A stretch of DNA of 64,000 nt from Octopus sinensis (Eukaryota): assembly GCF_006345805.1 (NCBI RefSeq), contig NC_043002.1:44764001-44828000 (forward strand), read 5' to 3'. Of this stretch, positions 1 through 13,410 are shown one piece after another. Position numbers and translations under genes: made by a program. The stretch's first letter is position 1. The number at the start of each line of letters is the position of its first letter. A model generated the notes under the pieces. That model was not told the origin of the DNA. It did no database searches and saw only the letters and a program-made list of their open reading frames with translations.

Positions 1-65
1 TGCCCGGCGCGCTAACGATTCTGCAAGTTAACCGCCTTTGGGCAATGAATAATATTAGTTTCATA

Positions 66-243
66 TTTTGACACAAGGTGAACAATTACAAGGCAGTGGT
101 TAAGTTGATTTTACCGACCCCAATGCACAACTGGTACTTATTTTATCGACATCGAAAGGACGAAAGGTAAAGTCGACCGCAGTGTAAAGATGGACGAAAT
201 GTCGCTACCCGGTGCGCTAACGATTCTACCAGCGCGCCGCCCT
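66..243 (-). mobile_element. tRNA-derived SINE, family A (probable Meta-domain type); the head of another copy occupies bases 1-40
   Basis: Reverse complement matches the repeat seen many times here: GGCGGCGxGCTGGxAGAATCGTTAGC...GTCGACTTTxCCTTTC...TCGATAAAATAAGTACCAG. Confidence 0.8.
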
Positions 244-1279
244 TACACAATGGTTAATATTTAAAATCTCATCGAACTGAGTAGTACACAAAGGGATTGT
301 CTGCAAAATTATTTTTTTTAAGAACGATATAACGCGCTAGAACATAACACAACAAAATATGAAGAATGACAGAAGAATAGGTTTCTCTTAACATTACTGA
401 AAGCCTTTCAGCAAAACGAAAATTAAAGAATGCGATACGTTGTGCTTTATTCAACCTTGTTAATTATAAAGAATTACGTTTTTTCGAAAAACTTCCGGAA
501 AGGAGTTGCTTGGATCATTAGCGAAATACATTCGTACATGTGAGTATGTGTGCGCGTGTTTGTGTGTGTGCAGGCGCACGCACATGCGCATGCTCGCAAG
601 TGTGTTTGTATTTGTGGTGGGAGGGGGGTTGTGTTGGATTAGCATTTGCTTGTCAAGTGACTTGGGTTTTATACTTCGTTAAAACTGAAGTAGTAACATC
701 AAGGGATAATTCAGTTTAACCACACGAAAGCTTTAATATTCAGTTTTCAATTATTGCTAGAGCAGTTGTGAGATTTTACATGCTTCGGCAGGTTTTTCTT
801 TACTTCTATGGTTTTTTCAGTTTTTTGAACTTATAACTGTTATGGCTTTGTTGCTATTTAACCTTCTGATATGGACCGCAGTTAGTGAACTTTAGTTTCA
901 ATTCTTCAGTTTTCTCTATCTGTATTTCAAATTTACTAACATATATCTCTAGTTCCCTCTTTTATGATAGCGGCATATTTAGTAAATATGGAAACATAGC
1001 TTGCATGTATTGCATGAAGTACACCTAAATGCAAAACTACGTACATTCAATTATGTGTGCGCGCGCTTCTATGTGTGCGTGTGGGTGGGTGTCCGTGCGT
1101 GTGTGCTTGTACGTATGTGTTTTTTCATGTTACTTCATATTTCTAATCTATCTTTCTTTGTTTACCTTCTTTACCTATTATATAGCAAACGTCTAAATAC
1201 TTAGAGTTGATATGAGGCCAAATATTTCAAATTTACATCAATTTTTCGGGTTTGTTTTTCAATGTTTGTTACAATACAG

Positions 1280-1713
1280 GGATCTTTTCGGTTTGAACGG
1301 CAGTTTTTAACATAATTTCTAGGTAACTAAAAAATTTTAAACTTCGTATACTGGTAGAATGTGTTTATAAAACATCTTTTACTCTTGGCTTTATTGAGAA
1401 AATTCTATAGTTTGTAAGATATTTGCTGTTTTTTTTTTTTTCAATTTCTGCAATTTCAACCAATCGATGACGTCCATTGAGTTAAACATTCTGTGCTGTA
1501 TGAATATGTCCCTCGTTTAAGAAACAGATTGGGTTTATTTACATTTGTGAAGAAAAAAGATACCCTTCCCCCACCCCTAACCCTAACCCTAACTAACACT
1601 AACTAACCCTAACCCTAAAACAGATTGAAATGCAATAGATCGATGCTAGGGTTATGGGTGACAATTTCATATGACGCCGCTAGAAAAAGCTGCCGTTCAA
1701 ACCGAAAAGATCC
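1280..1713. mobile_element. MITE with 24-bp perfect TIRs and an 8-bp target-site duplication
   Basis: GGATCTTTTCGGTTTGAACGGCAG at 1280 and its reverse complement ending at 1713; CAATACAG at 1272-1279 and 1714-1721; no ORF. Confidence 0.85.
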
Positions 1714-2060
1714 CAATACAGTGTTATGAAACAGAGAAATTGTATCTAAAATTGGTCCAGTGCTAACAGTGGTCCAAAGGTCCAAAGTCAAACAGCTACT
1801 ACATATCAGACTCACTGTTATAATGAAAATATCCTGTGCCTTCTCAAAACGTCAGTATTTGATCTTCAACAGAAGCAGTGGAATCCTATCAGTGACCGAG
1901 TTGTATAAATGCGACCATAATTTTGGTACTTCAAGCAAAAATAAGTCAACATTTTATGTGTAGTTAGGTGGCTAAAATGTTCTATAATCTAATTCAGACA
2001 CACACACACACATAATATGTATGCGTGTGAGAGAGCGTGTGTGTGAATGTGTGAATGTGT

Positions 2061-2091
<31 letters not shown>

Positions 2092-2942
2092 TATATGTGT
2101 TTTATATATATATACACACACACACATATAATTTCCAGATATAACATAATAATAACAGAATCGTCTGTGACGCAGAGGAGATAATTATTGTCATTGCTAT
2201 ACTAAAATGTAAAAAACATAGCTAAACATTGTGGCTGACTGACTATTAACTGCTAATCACAGTTTTGAAGCCATTGTTATATATTAAAAAAATGGTAAAG
2301 GCCGCATTCAGAGATAGTGTATAAAAAAAATGTACTGCTTCATATTGATATCTTACAACAAGCGTTTTGAAATATGCATTTCTTTAGCTCAAAATTAGAT
2401 TTCATTGGTAGTCATTTTAAAAACACTACCAGGAAAAAAAGCAAATTTAATTTAAAATTAAAATGTACACAGACATGACTTGAAACGATAAAATTTTGTC
2501 GGCACTGAACAGTTTTACGTGGTACTTTACACTAAAATTATCGATAGTCTGAATTAGCCTAAAGGCAAAATACTAGAATCGCTAGTCGAGGATTATAATA
2601 AAAGTAATGCAAATATTTAAACATATGAAAATCATTGGTTTCGGGTTAACAACTGGAGATCATAAACGTTAACACAACTTAGAAACTTTTAGCCGCAGAT
2701 TTTTATTTCGCAAGTATTGAACAAAAGGCGTTAGAATCCAACGGTTTGATAGATACTTTTAATAGGGCAGTAACAGGCTTACTCCATGTCAAGGATGTCC
2801 AAAGAATGTCAATGATGTACAAAGGAGTTGCCAAAAATGACATTTTCCTTGGTTGCATACACGCGTACACCCCCCCCCCACACACACACAAAGCTGTCTA
2901 TCCACCGACTTCAATATATATGTATATTTATATATGTATGCA

Positions 2943-3270
2943 GGCGCATGTCTCAGTAGTTAGAGCGTCGGGCTCACAATTATGAGGTAGTGAGTTCGAT
3001 TCCCGGATCGGGCTGTGTTGTGTTATTGAGCAAAACACTATAGTTCGGGTTGCTCCAGTTCAATCATCTGTAGAAATGAGCTGTGATGTCACTGGGGCCA
3101 GGCTATATCGGCCTTTGCCTTTCCCTTGAACAAAATCGGTGGTGAGGAGAGCCTGATATTTGTGAGCGACTGCTGGTCTTTCATATACAACCATGCCGGG
3201 ACTTGTGCCTCAGATGGTAACTTTCTAGCTGTAATGCCATAGTTACTCATGACCGAAGGGGGTCTTTAGC
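2943..3270 (+). mobile_element. tRNA-derived SINE, family C
   Basis: A-box-like TGTCTCAGTAGTTAGAGC, B-box GAGTTCGATTCCC, then TTGAGCAAAACAC...TTGCTCCAGTTCA...GTAGAAATGAG, shared with the copy at 13153. Confidence 0.8.
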
Positions 3271-3497
3271 CTGTATATGACTGACTTTCCCGTTGAAGAT
3301 GATGTATGAGGGCCTGTAATTGCCTATATTATTGATTCTGTTATCTTTTTAAATTGTTACACCAGATAATAACAGATTTAACGATATCTTCGCAAATTAT
3401 TTTTGGTGAATTATTTAATTATTTTTTCTCGTGAATTATTTGCTCCATATATGTATATGGATAATGATAATGATAGGGATTGTTACGAAGTGGCAGG

Positions 3498-3564
<67 letters not shown>

Positions 3565-3725
3565 AATAATAAAAAGGTAAAACTAATTAATTATTAATTA
3601 ATTTTACCAAGTAGTGTTCAGTATGTAAAAAGACCATTTACGGTATATTTGAAACATTACATTATAAAAATAGGGTTCAGTAAATTATTTTACTGAACCC
3701 TATTTTTATTATATATATCTATATA

Positions 3726-3768
<43 letters not shown>

Positions 3769-4034
3769 GTGTGTGTGTTGTGTGTGAGTGGGTGTGTGTG
3801 TGTAAAGAATTAAAGGTAATGCAATGCCACTTCGTAATAATCTTTATTATTATTGCTGTTGATATATATTCCGAGAAACCTATGTGGTTAAGGTAATATA
3901 TTTCAGAATTATCCAATGGAATATATACCTAAATTCTAATATTATTGGGTTTATATATCAACTGTTAAATAACCTACTTTGAATACCTAACTGAGAGCAA
4001 ACAAATAAATGTTTGGACTAACCCCTTACTACTT

Positions 4035-4076
<42 letters not shown>

Positions 4077-4108
4077 TTAAACTAATCTTAAAAATTCAGG
4101 TGAACATA

Positions 4109-5261
4109 CAGGGGTTGAACATATAAGGGAAACACCGAGCATCATAGCATTATAATATTAAAATATCTATAAAACTGTCAAAAGCTTAGTTACTTTGTTT
4201 ATTTATTATTAGTGTTGCTTAATACGTTTTGCTAAAATTGTTGTTTCTTTTCAGATATCATCAGAAAAGGCAATTAAAATTCATAAAAATCTATCGGACT
4301 TTCAAAGAGGTCAAATTGTTGGTGCTCGTATGGCAGGCGCTTGCATAACGAAAACAGCGGAAATGTTTGGTGTATCAAGAAGTACTGTCTCGAAAGTAAT
4401 GACAGCCTTTGAGAAAGAGGGGAAAAACTCATTGTTCAAACAAAACTCCGGAAGAAAACCAAAACTTTACGGACCGTCGGACACTTAAGCCAATTGTTAG
4501 AAAGGATCACAAAAGTACACCTCCCGAAATTACTGCAGAACTTAATGACCACCTCTAGAAACCAGTTTCCACAAAGGCTGTTCGCCGGGAGTTGCACAAA
4601 GCCAGATTTCACGGGAGAGATGCTAATCAGAAAACCATTACTTTCAAAAGTTGCAAAGCGTTTAGAGTGGAGTAAAAAACTACAGTATTGGTCCGTAAAG
4701 CAGTCACCCTTTTCCTTATTTCCGACCACCGGCCGTGTATACAGCCAAAACAACCATTTGACTCACACAGCTTTATTCCAAATGTTAAACATGGAGGAGG
4801 ATCTGTCATGATCTAGGGGCTATATCTTGGAAATCCACGGGCCCAATGGTTTTCCTTCATGGCAGAATTAATAATAAAGGCTATTTAAGCCTTTTATCGG
4901 ATAAAATTCATCCTGTTTGCGGAAATGTTTTCGGATGGAAACGCATTCTTTCAGGATGATAATGCACCAATTCACACAGTGAAATTGAACATCTTATCTG
5001 GCCACCACAGTCCCCAGATCTCAATATTATTGAACATTTACGGTGCATTTTAGAAAACAAGTGGGGAGTCGATATCCTCCACCAACATCGCTACAAGAAC
5101 TGAAGAATGGACAAAAATTTCTTTGGAAACAATTCAAACTTTGTACGAGTCCATACCTCGTAGAAATCAAGCTGTAATTACTGCCAAAGGCGGTCCTACC
5201 ACATATTAAAATAAATTTGTTTGAAATTTTACGGTATTTGCATTATTTTGTCCAGCCCCTG
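4109..5261 (+). mobile_element. Tc1-family DNA transposon with a decayed transposase
   Basis: TA-CAGGGGTTG...CAGCCCCTG-TA termini; frameshifted HTH region and DDE pieces (FFQDDNAP, WPPQSPDLNIIE). Confidence 0.9.
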
Positions 5262-5289
5262 TATGTACTCTGTTGGGATCAAACTTAGC

Positions 5290-6760
5290 GAACTAAATTG
5301 TCCACTGGAAGCCCCTGTGATCCACGTAGTCCATAAATTTACATTTTACAGGCTATCCAATTCCCAAATCCAAAGTTCATACCCCGAATAAATTCAGTAT
5401 AAGATTACAGAGTATAGTAGAAAACACAAACGAATGGATAACTATATATTTTTTCAGCAGCTTAAGCATTTCTCGTCTGCGTTGGTGTTGCATATTAATC
5501 GATCCCATATTTGATCGATTTGAAGATTCTACAAAGATTCAGAGACTTATCACCAACGTATCCTTATCACTGCTACATCACAATGTTTGGAATAGAGAAC
5601 ATTTTAAGGGAGATAGGTAGTAGTAACTTAATATTTTACCTGTATAAATGATATGTATGGTTACCAGCAGGCCTACTTAGGAATTGTAAGGTTCATATAG
5701 TGTTGAAAAATGTTATGATAAAATTCCCACTGTATTTAAACTGTTATCAACTCATTCAAATAGGCAAAAGGCATGTATTGGTAAGCTGTTCATTGAATAT
5801 ATTATTGAATTTGCAAAGGATATGTAATTTGGTCAGAAGTAATTTCAAATATAAGCTTTCGGTAGAATTTATGTTGGGCTGGTGAGAATCCCAAAGGAAA
5901 ATATAATCGGTATATTATTTACTAAGAAATATATTTTAATTGGAATAAAATGTCTTCTTCCAAACGGAATAAATGCTTAAAACTTAAAATAGACTTAATA
6001 TTGTTAGGATAACCTAAGGTAAAAAAAATTAAATATGAATTAAAAATGAATTAAAAATAAAAACATAATTGATTAATTAATTTATTAGAAATGAATAAAA
6101 GAAGTAATAGAAAAATGATTATCATGAATAATTAAAAAGATAATTAATAATCTAACTGCATAATTTAAAAATCTAAATGATAATGACAATAACAACAACT
6201 ATAACAATAGTAATAATTATAATAAAATTAATAATTACAAAACTAAGTTTAGAAATATATGAAATAAAGATTCGTCTAAGTACTAGATAAAATACTATTT
6301 CTGATAAGTATGTTAAGTGTACTGGACCGAGAAGGCAGGCCCAATCTATTTTATTAGGGTACAGTTATTAGGGGAGATTTTAAAGATGGTTGCATTATCT
6401 GTACCATAAACCAGATGAAAATCTAAAATACCTGAACCGAAAATCCAATCATTCAAAAAGAATTATAAATTCTGTAGTTAGGTGTGCCTCCCTTCCAAAT
6501 AATAATGAAACAATATTTAAGCAAAGTAAGAAAAGCTACAATTTAGTATTCGCCGAAGCTGCTGGTAAGAAGGAAATTTATTATATTCTTAATGATGTGA
6601 TTAAGAATATACATCAGGCTACAGAAGTAACCAAATTGATGAATAATAGATAAAGATCATCGCAACAATAAAAATAAAATCACTAAGATGTATTTTAACA
6701 GATGGAACAGTAGAATAAGCCTTATTAATTATCGACAATGATGGAAATAGATGAGCCACT
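5290..6760 (+). mobile_element. Heavily decayed Penelope-like element, RT fragment
   Basis: ORF 6390-6653 (YHKPDENLKYLNRKSNHSKRII...) resembles the PLE RT thumb (YxKP...YI...SNHP) and the PLE pieces at 31.4 and 43 kb. Confidence 0.55.
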
Positions 6761-7124
6761 GCGAAAAAACTATAGTTAATGGAAATAGTGATATGAAAAG
6801 TGAGAGTAGCTATGTGATTCTAGAGGTTATATTTACTATTAAATAAGACCATTGGGATTTTCAAACAACCTGCAAATTATAATTGGAAAACTGATAATGA
6901 TATTGATAGTAGTAATAATAATAGGAATATTTATAGAAGTGATAATAATGGTGGTGGAAATGATGTGGATGGCAATAAGGACTATAATAATGGTAGTATA
7001 ACAGGAAGAATAAAAGTTATCGTAAAAAGAATGAAAATAACATGAATAACCCAAAACAAGAGGGTGAATATGATTTCTCATGCTTCTTTAGTAATAACTT
7101 TATAAATGGGAATATATTAAGGAA

Positions 7125-7389
7125 TAGTAACTGACGTGGCTGGGTGGTAAGAAGCTTGTTTCCCAACCACATGGTTCCGAGTTCAGTCCCACTGCGTGAC
7201 ACCTTGGTCAAGTGTCTTCTACGATAGCCTCGGGCTAATCAAAATCTTGTGAGGGGATTTGGTAGACGGAAATTGAAAGAAGCCCGTCGATATGTATGTA
7301 TGTATGTATGTATGTATGTGTATGTATGTATGTATGTATGTATGTATGTATGTGTATGTATGTATGTATGTATGTAGTATGTATGTATG

Positions 7390-7421
<32 letters not shown>

Positions 7422-7688
7422 TGTATGTGTATGTATGTATGTATGTATGTATGTATGTATGTATGTATGTATGTTGTATGTATGTATGTATGTATGTATG
7501 TATGTATGTGTATCTGTCTGTCTGTTTGTGTTCCCCACCGCCGATTGACCACTGGTATTGCTGTGGCTACATTCTCGTAACGTAATGGTTCAAAGTACTT
7601 GGGTCGGTTCATTCGACTAAAAATCTTCAAGACAGTGTCCCAGCACGGCCGCAGTTTACTGATTGAAACAAGTAAAAAGGTAAAGAGA
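7125..7688 (+). mobile_element. tRNA-derived SINE, family B, with an expanded internal (TATG)n at 7290-7510
   Basis: GTGGCTGxGTGGTAAGAAGCTTG...GAGTTCAGTCCCACTGCGTG...GGATTTGGTAGACGGAAA...GAAGCCCGTCG body and GAAACAAGTAAAA tail; same family at 17398, 44686, 47375. Confidence 0.85.
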
Positions 7689-8117
7689 TAATAATATTTA
7701 TCCTAGAAAACGGAGAGCTCGCTTGAGACAGGTTACGTGGTTTAATACCCCATGAATGATCCAAATAGCCCGAAATATACCAGAGGTAAACTTTTCATGG
7801 TTCAAGGCTAGCATTTTCTACCATCAAATAATTATATTAGGTTATTTAAAAGATATGTCTCTAATTTGTTTAATCAAGTACGAGAAACTTGGCTGAAATT
7901 AGGACAACACATAATACTAATTAGAGAGTTAGTTGAAACGTATTTAGCCAATCAACTTAATAACAGTAACCGGGGTAGTATGTCCTTGATATATTTAACT
8001 GAGTTACTATAATTTAGTAGATACATGAATATTTATTTTATCTAATTTTATTAACTTAATTTCTAATTATTATTGTTATTGTAGTTATTACCATTGTTAT
8101 TATTTTTTCTCACTATA

Positions 8118-8790
8118 AAGGCGCTGAGCTGGCAGAAGGTCAACACGCCGGGAAAAATGCTTCGTAGCATTTCGTCCATCATTAAATTCTGGGTTCTTAT
8201 TCCGTTGAGGTGGACTTTGCCTTTCATCTTTTCAGAGTTGATAAAATAAGTACCAGCAACGAACTGGAGTCGATGTAATCGACTAGCCCAACTCCCCCAA
8301 AATTTTAGACCTTGTACCTATAGTAGAAATGATTATTATTATTACGGCGGTGAACTGGCAGTATCGTTAGTACGCCGGGCAAAATGCTAGGTGGCATTCC
8401 GTCCGTCGTTGCTTTCTGAGTTCAAATTCCGCCGAGGTCAACTTTGCCTTTCATCTTTTCAGGGTCGATAAAATAAGTACCAGTTGAGCACTAGGGTCAA
8501 TGTAATCAACTCATCCCTCCCCTGTAATTGCTGGCCTGGTGTCAAAATTTGAAATTATTATTGTTATTATTTAGATTTTAGTTGTGGCTGGGGATTTACA
8601 GAATTCTCAGAGTATCGCGAAAAATACCTCGCAGTATTTCTCTGGTTCTTTACGTTCTGAGATAAAATCCTGCCGAAGAAATCGTTCCTTTATCGTTCTA
8701 GTGTCGATAAAAAGAAGCGCCAGCTACATATTGATCTTGATGTAATCGACTAACTTACTCCCTTCAAAACTGTTCGTTGCGTGCCTCAAA
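8118..8790 (+). mobile_element. Three head-to-tail family A SINE copies (8118-8343, 8345-8572, 8583-8790)
   Basis: Repeated GAGCTGGCAG head, CTTTGCCTTTCATC...GATAAAATAAGTACC core and (TTA)n tails; the third copy is the most diverged. Confidence 0.8.
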
Positions 8791-9358
8791 ACTGCTAGCG
8801 CTAACTGTAGAAGACTAAATTGTATTTTGATCTGTATATACTCCTTTTACTTTTGTTTACACATTCATCTCTGCTCTCCTTATATAGAAGAGTTGAAAAG
8901 CTAATTTGATTTCAATTTTCAGCAACATGTTCAGTAAGATTGATAATAACATTTTTCATTGAATATTTTTTTTTTATTTTGGTCAATAAACTGCACCGTC
9001 CTTATGTTCTGAGTAACAAGTTCAAATGGTATTTAATGATATAGTTACTTTGCAGTTAAAAAGCATAACGATGAATTTACCATCGGTTCATCGGCTCAAA
9101 TATTCTTACTTTGCGTGAAAATTCCCAAGCGAATAAAGTACCAGAAAATCAAACTAAGGATATAGTTAGTTGTGATGAAGTTAAGGGACACCAATTTCAG
9201 CGTGGTGATATTTAATTTACATGTACATAACGCAGTTAGTGCTGATGAGAATAAAAATGGTTTTCGCTGGCTAAATCATGATTTCCGATCTCTATCCAGT
9301 TTTGTTATGTACAACATGTATGTGCTGCGAGCGCATGAGTGGGGGAGAGAGCTAAACA

Positions 9359-9369
9359 GATAGACAGAC

Positions 9370-9412
<43 letters not shown>

Positions 9413-9464
9413 ATAGATAGATAGATAGATAGATATACAGAGAGACAGGGAGACAGAGAGACTT

Positions 9465-9541
<77 letters not shown>

Positions 9542-9544
9542 CAA

Positions 9545-9615
<71 letters not shown>
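9359..9615. repeat. (AGAT)n microsatellite; similar arrays at 10095-10345 and (GA)n/(AGAT)n at 11095-11242
   Basis: Direct reading. Confidence 0.95.
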
Positions 9616-9616
<1 letters not shown>

Positions 9617-9765
9617 ACAGAAAGATAAACTGATAGATATTATCCTCGTGTAATCTCATATAACTCCTCACAATCCTGCAAGCTTGTCCAATTTCTTTAC
9701 GCATTTCATCTTATCGTATCCTATTTAATTCATTCCATCATATTTGAACATCCCCCACCACACAG

Positions 9766-9858
<93 letters not shown>

Positions 9859-10166
9859 ATATATATTATATATATATATATATATATACGTATATATATA
9901 TATACGTATATACATATGTATGTATATATATATATTTATATTTTGTATCTTTTCCTTTGTCTTGCTCGCTTACGTTCTGGCGTTTGCTAAATTTTCTTGA
10001 GAACAAAACTTTCTTAGTGGTAAGACCATACGGGGTCTACTTCTAGCTTAATGGATGTCCACTTAGTCGTCATCCCTCTTATATGTAGATAACTAGATAG
10101 ACAGACAGACAGCCGGACGGACGGACAGACAGACAGACAGACAGACAGAAAGACAGACAGACAGAC

Positions 10167-10231
<65 letters not shown>

Positions 10232-10244
10232 TACAGAGAGACTT

Positions 10245-10317
<73 letters not shown>

Positions 10318-10823
10318 AGATAGATAGATAGATAAACAGACAAACTGATATGCGTGCATATAGATATACACACGCAAAGATCGAATATTACTCTGCAGGA
10401 CCGCTAACAACCTCACTTACCTTCCTTTCACCGTCCACCTCTAAATATAATACAATATATATAGCTTCACTTTAACAATACATTCATTATTTCATTTCTT
10501 TGTGAGAGCGCGCCCCTTTAACCTACCAGAACATGATTACAACAGGAGACGTAAAACAGCACATCAACACGAGTTCCGAGAGTTCCACGTTTGTTGCATG
10601 TAACTGTTATTATTCTTATTCAATTGGGTTGGGGATGCTGTAGTCGTTTGTTCTGATACTAAGGTAATATGGATATATAATTGCTAAAATAACTCTCACT
10701 TACGTGGCATTGAATATACCTACATAAAAAATTTGGGAAGTGAAATACGTTCCTCTGCCGGAAGCTCCTTAGGCTACAAATTCCATATATATATATATAT
10801 ATATATAGATATAGATATACACA

Positions 10824-10897
<74 letters not shown>

Positions 10898-11059
10898 TTT
10901 ACACATGTTCATATATATATATATACACGCATAAACACACATATATACAGATACACGCGCATGCAAACGTGGATACACGCACAGAGGTCTATTTATTTTA
11001 AGAGCATGTTTGCCTGCGGCTGCATGTACCGATATATGGATATGTATATGAATCTGTGA

Positions 11060-11097
<38 letters not shown>

Positions 11098-11130
11098 GAG
11101 AGAGAGAGAAAGAGAAAGAGAAAGAGAGAA

Positions 11131-11183
<53 letters not shown>

Positions 11184-11196
11184 GATATTTAGGTAG

Positions 11197-11242
<46 letters not shown>

Positions 11243-11923
11243 CTATATATATAGACATACTTATTAATACACAAACACGTTTACATACATTTATGAGCGG
11301 GGGATTTTATGCATTTATTGATATACACTGTATATATCACACATATATTTGCACTCAGACGCAACTACTATCTTCTCTCGTGCACACATTCTCTCCTAAA
11401 TACAAGTATACAAATGAACTGTAAACAGGCGCAAATGAACTTAGCTCGTGTAACTTATATCATTATGGTCGCCCTAATTACTTACCTGTTACACATTCAC
11501 TGCATACACACATTGATTAAATAGTATTACACTACTCATGCGTTTATGACGCAAAATGAAACATGCAAGACAGCAACAGATGTACAGATTAGTATTGTTA
11601 CTAAGAGACTGCATGGACAATTAAACGTATATATTTGGATACTTCGATATAACTATCGAATAATAGCTTGGCAGCATGATAAGCATATAACTTAACTGGC
11701 ACGAACGGACTTTTAGCTTAGCATACTGACTTATAAACTAACCTAGATATGAAGATACATCAGTCATAGTCCGAAAGACGGACTACAGGAAGATTATGTG
11801 GGTGTGTGAGTGTGTGTTTGTTTGTGTGTTACAATGCATACATACGCACGTATATATGCATATATCTATGCATATTTATGTGCGTGTGTATTTCTACATT
11901 AGAATGCATACATACACACATAC

Positions 11924-11956
<33 letters not shown>

Positions 11957-12139
11957 GCTTTGGTAAATTTGAATAGCGACTGTTGGTGCTGTCACATACA
12001 ATTGCTTTCCGAGTGCGGGAGAGAAAGACAGTTTATTAATGTATATGTAAATATATTTATACATGGACATGTGACTTTGCTCATATGTAAATGTTTGTAT
12101 TTCTACATATATACATATACATCGGTGTGTGTGTATTTA

Positions 12140-12189
<50 letters not shown>

Positions 12190-12277
12190 GGAGAGTTTAC
12201 GAAAAAAACAAAAGACGAAGACAGGTGGTGTACAAAACAAACAGATGTATTAGTATAACGCTTAAGAATAGAAAAGT

Positions 12278-12313
12278 CTTTTACGTTTCGAGCCTACGCT
12301 CTTCTACAGAAAA
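12278..12313 (-). ncRNA. Minimal hammerhead-ribozyme-like motif with a variant core
   Basis: Minus strand TTTT-CTGTAGA-A-GAGC(GTAG)GCTC-GAAA-CGTA-AAAG: 4-bp stem II, GAAA, GUA site; core is CUGUAGA rather than CUGANGA. Confidence 0.45.
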
Positions 12314-13152
12314 AACAAGGAGGGAAACAACGAGAGAAAAATGGAGAGAAAAAAGGGAGAGAAAAAAAATATATATATATAATAAATTAATTAATAAATA
12401 AAACATATGCATATGTACATACATATATGTACGTACCTACCTCTACATGTATATATACATGCATATATGGGTACAGGACACAAAAAAACGTCGAACACAA
12501 TGAGAAACGAAAACATAAACACAAAACCAAGGAAATGGACATTTTTCTTAAACAACGAAAAAATAGAGTACAGGACATACAAAACAAGGAAAATTCCCCT
12601 GCTTCAGTCGCCTTTGTTTCATCTACTCCACGTTTCGAAAGTCAAGGCGATACATGACTTTAATGAATAATCCTTCCCGCAAAAATCAAATTAAATAAAA
12701 TTTGAGATTTTTTGCGGAGGGGTAAAAATGGTAACAAAAACAGGACAGTAACGACAGTACAAAATATAAACAGTAAAGGACAGGACAAGGAGAATAACAG
12801 TAACATAAACAAGAAGGGCTGTTAAGCCGAACGAGATAAAATATTACGAACGCTATTTTTGAGAACGGCGAAGGAGCAACAGAAAGTGCCGTCTCTACTT
12901 GAAGGCAGCCAGGACAGAAAGACAGTAGCAGAGCTCTCGTCGCAGGTCAATGACGGGCGGGAGGAGGAAGAGTAAAAGAAAGGGAGAGAAAAAAAGGGAA
13001 TGGTTGTAGGGAAAAGAATGAAGAATGAGAGAGAGAGAGAGAGAGAGAGACAGTAAGGTAGAAGAAAAGGAAAGTCGAAAGAATGAAGGCTGAGAAAGGG
13101 AGGGGGAGAGAAAGGTTAAGAGTGCGCTTCATTATTAAAATATATACAGAGT

Positions 13153-13410
13153 GGAGGCGCGTGGCTTAGTGGTTAGGGTGTTGGACTCATCATCGTAGGA
13201 TCGTGGTTAATGCCTTGTGTTCTTGAACAAAACATTTCATTTCACGTTGCTCTAGACCACTCAGTGCTCTGGTTCACTCAGCTGACAAAAATGAGTAATC
13301 CCCCAGCGGATTTGCGTCCCGTCTAGGTGGAGAATATATACGCCACTGGAACCAGGAAATCGGCCCTTATGAGACTGCCATGATTTAAGAAGGAAACATT
13401 TATTTCTATT
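13153..13410 (+). mobile_element. tRNA-derived SINE, family C, diverged
   Basis: GGAGGCGCGTGGCTTAGTGGTTAGGG A-box; TTGAACAAAACA...TTGCTC...ACTCAGCTGACAAAAATGAGT core. Confidence 0.75.

Noticed and set aside
9056-9204. Possible + strand exon (TTTGCAG acceptor ... GTG/GT)
   Set aside because: It needs a frameshift, has no recognisable domain and has no partner exons.
11767-11785. 7-bp hairpin TAGTCCG-AAAGA-CGGACTA
   Set aside because: Short enough to occur by chance and has no context.
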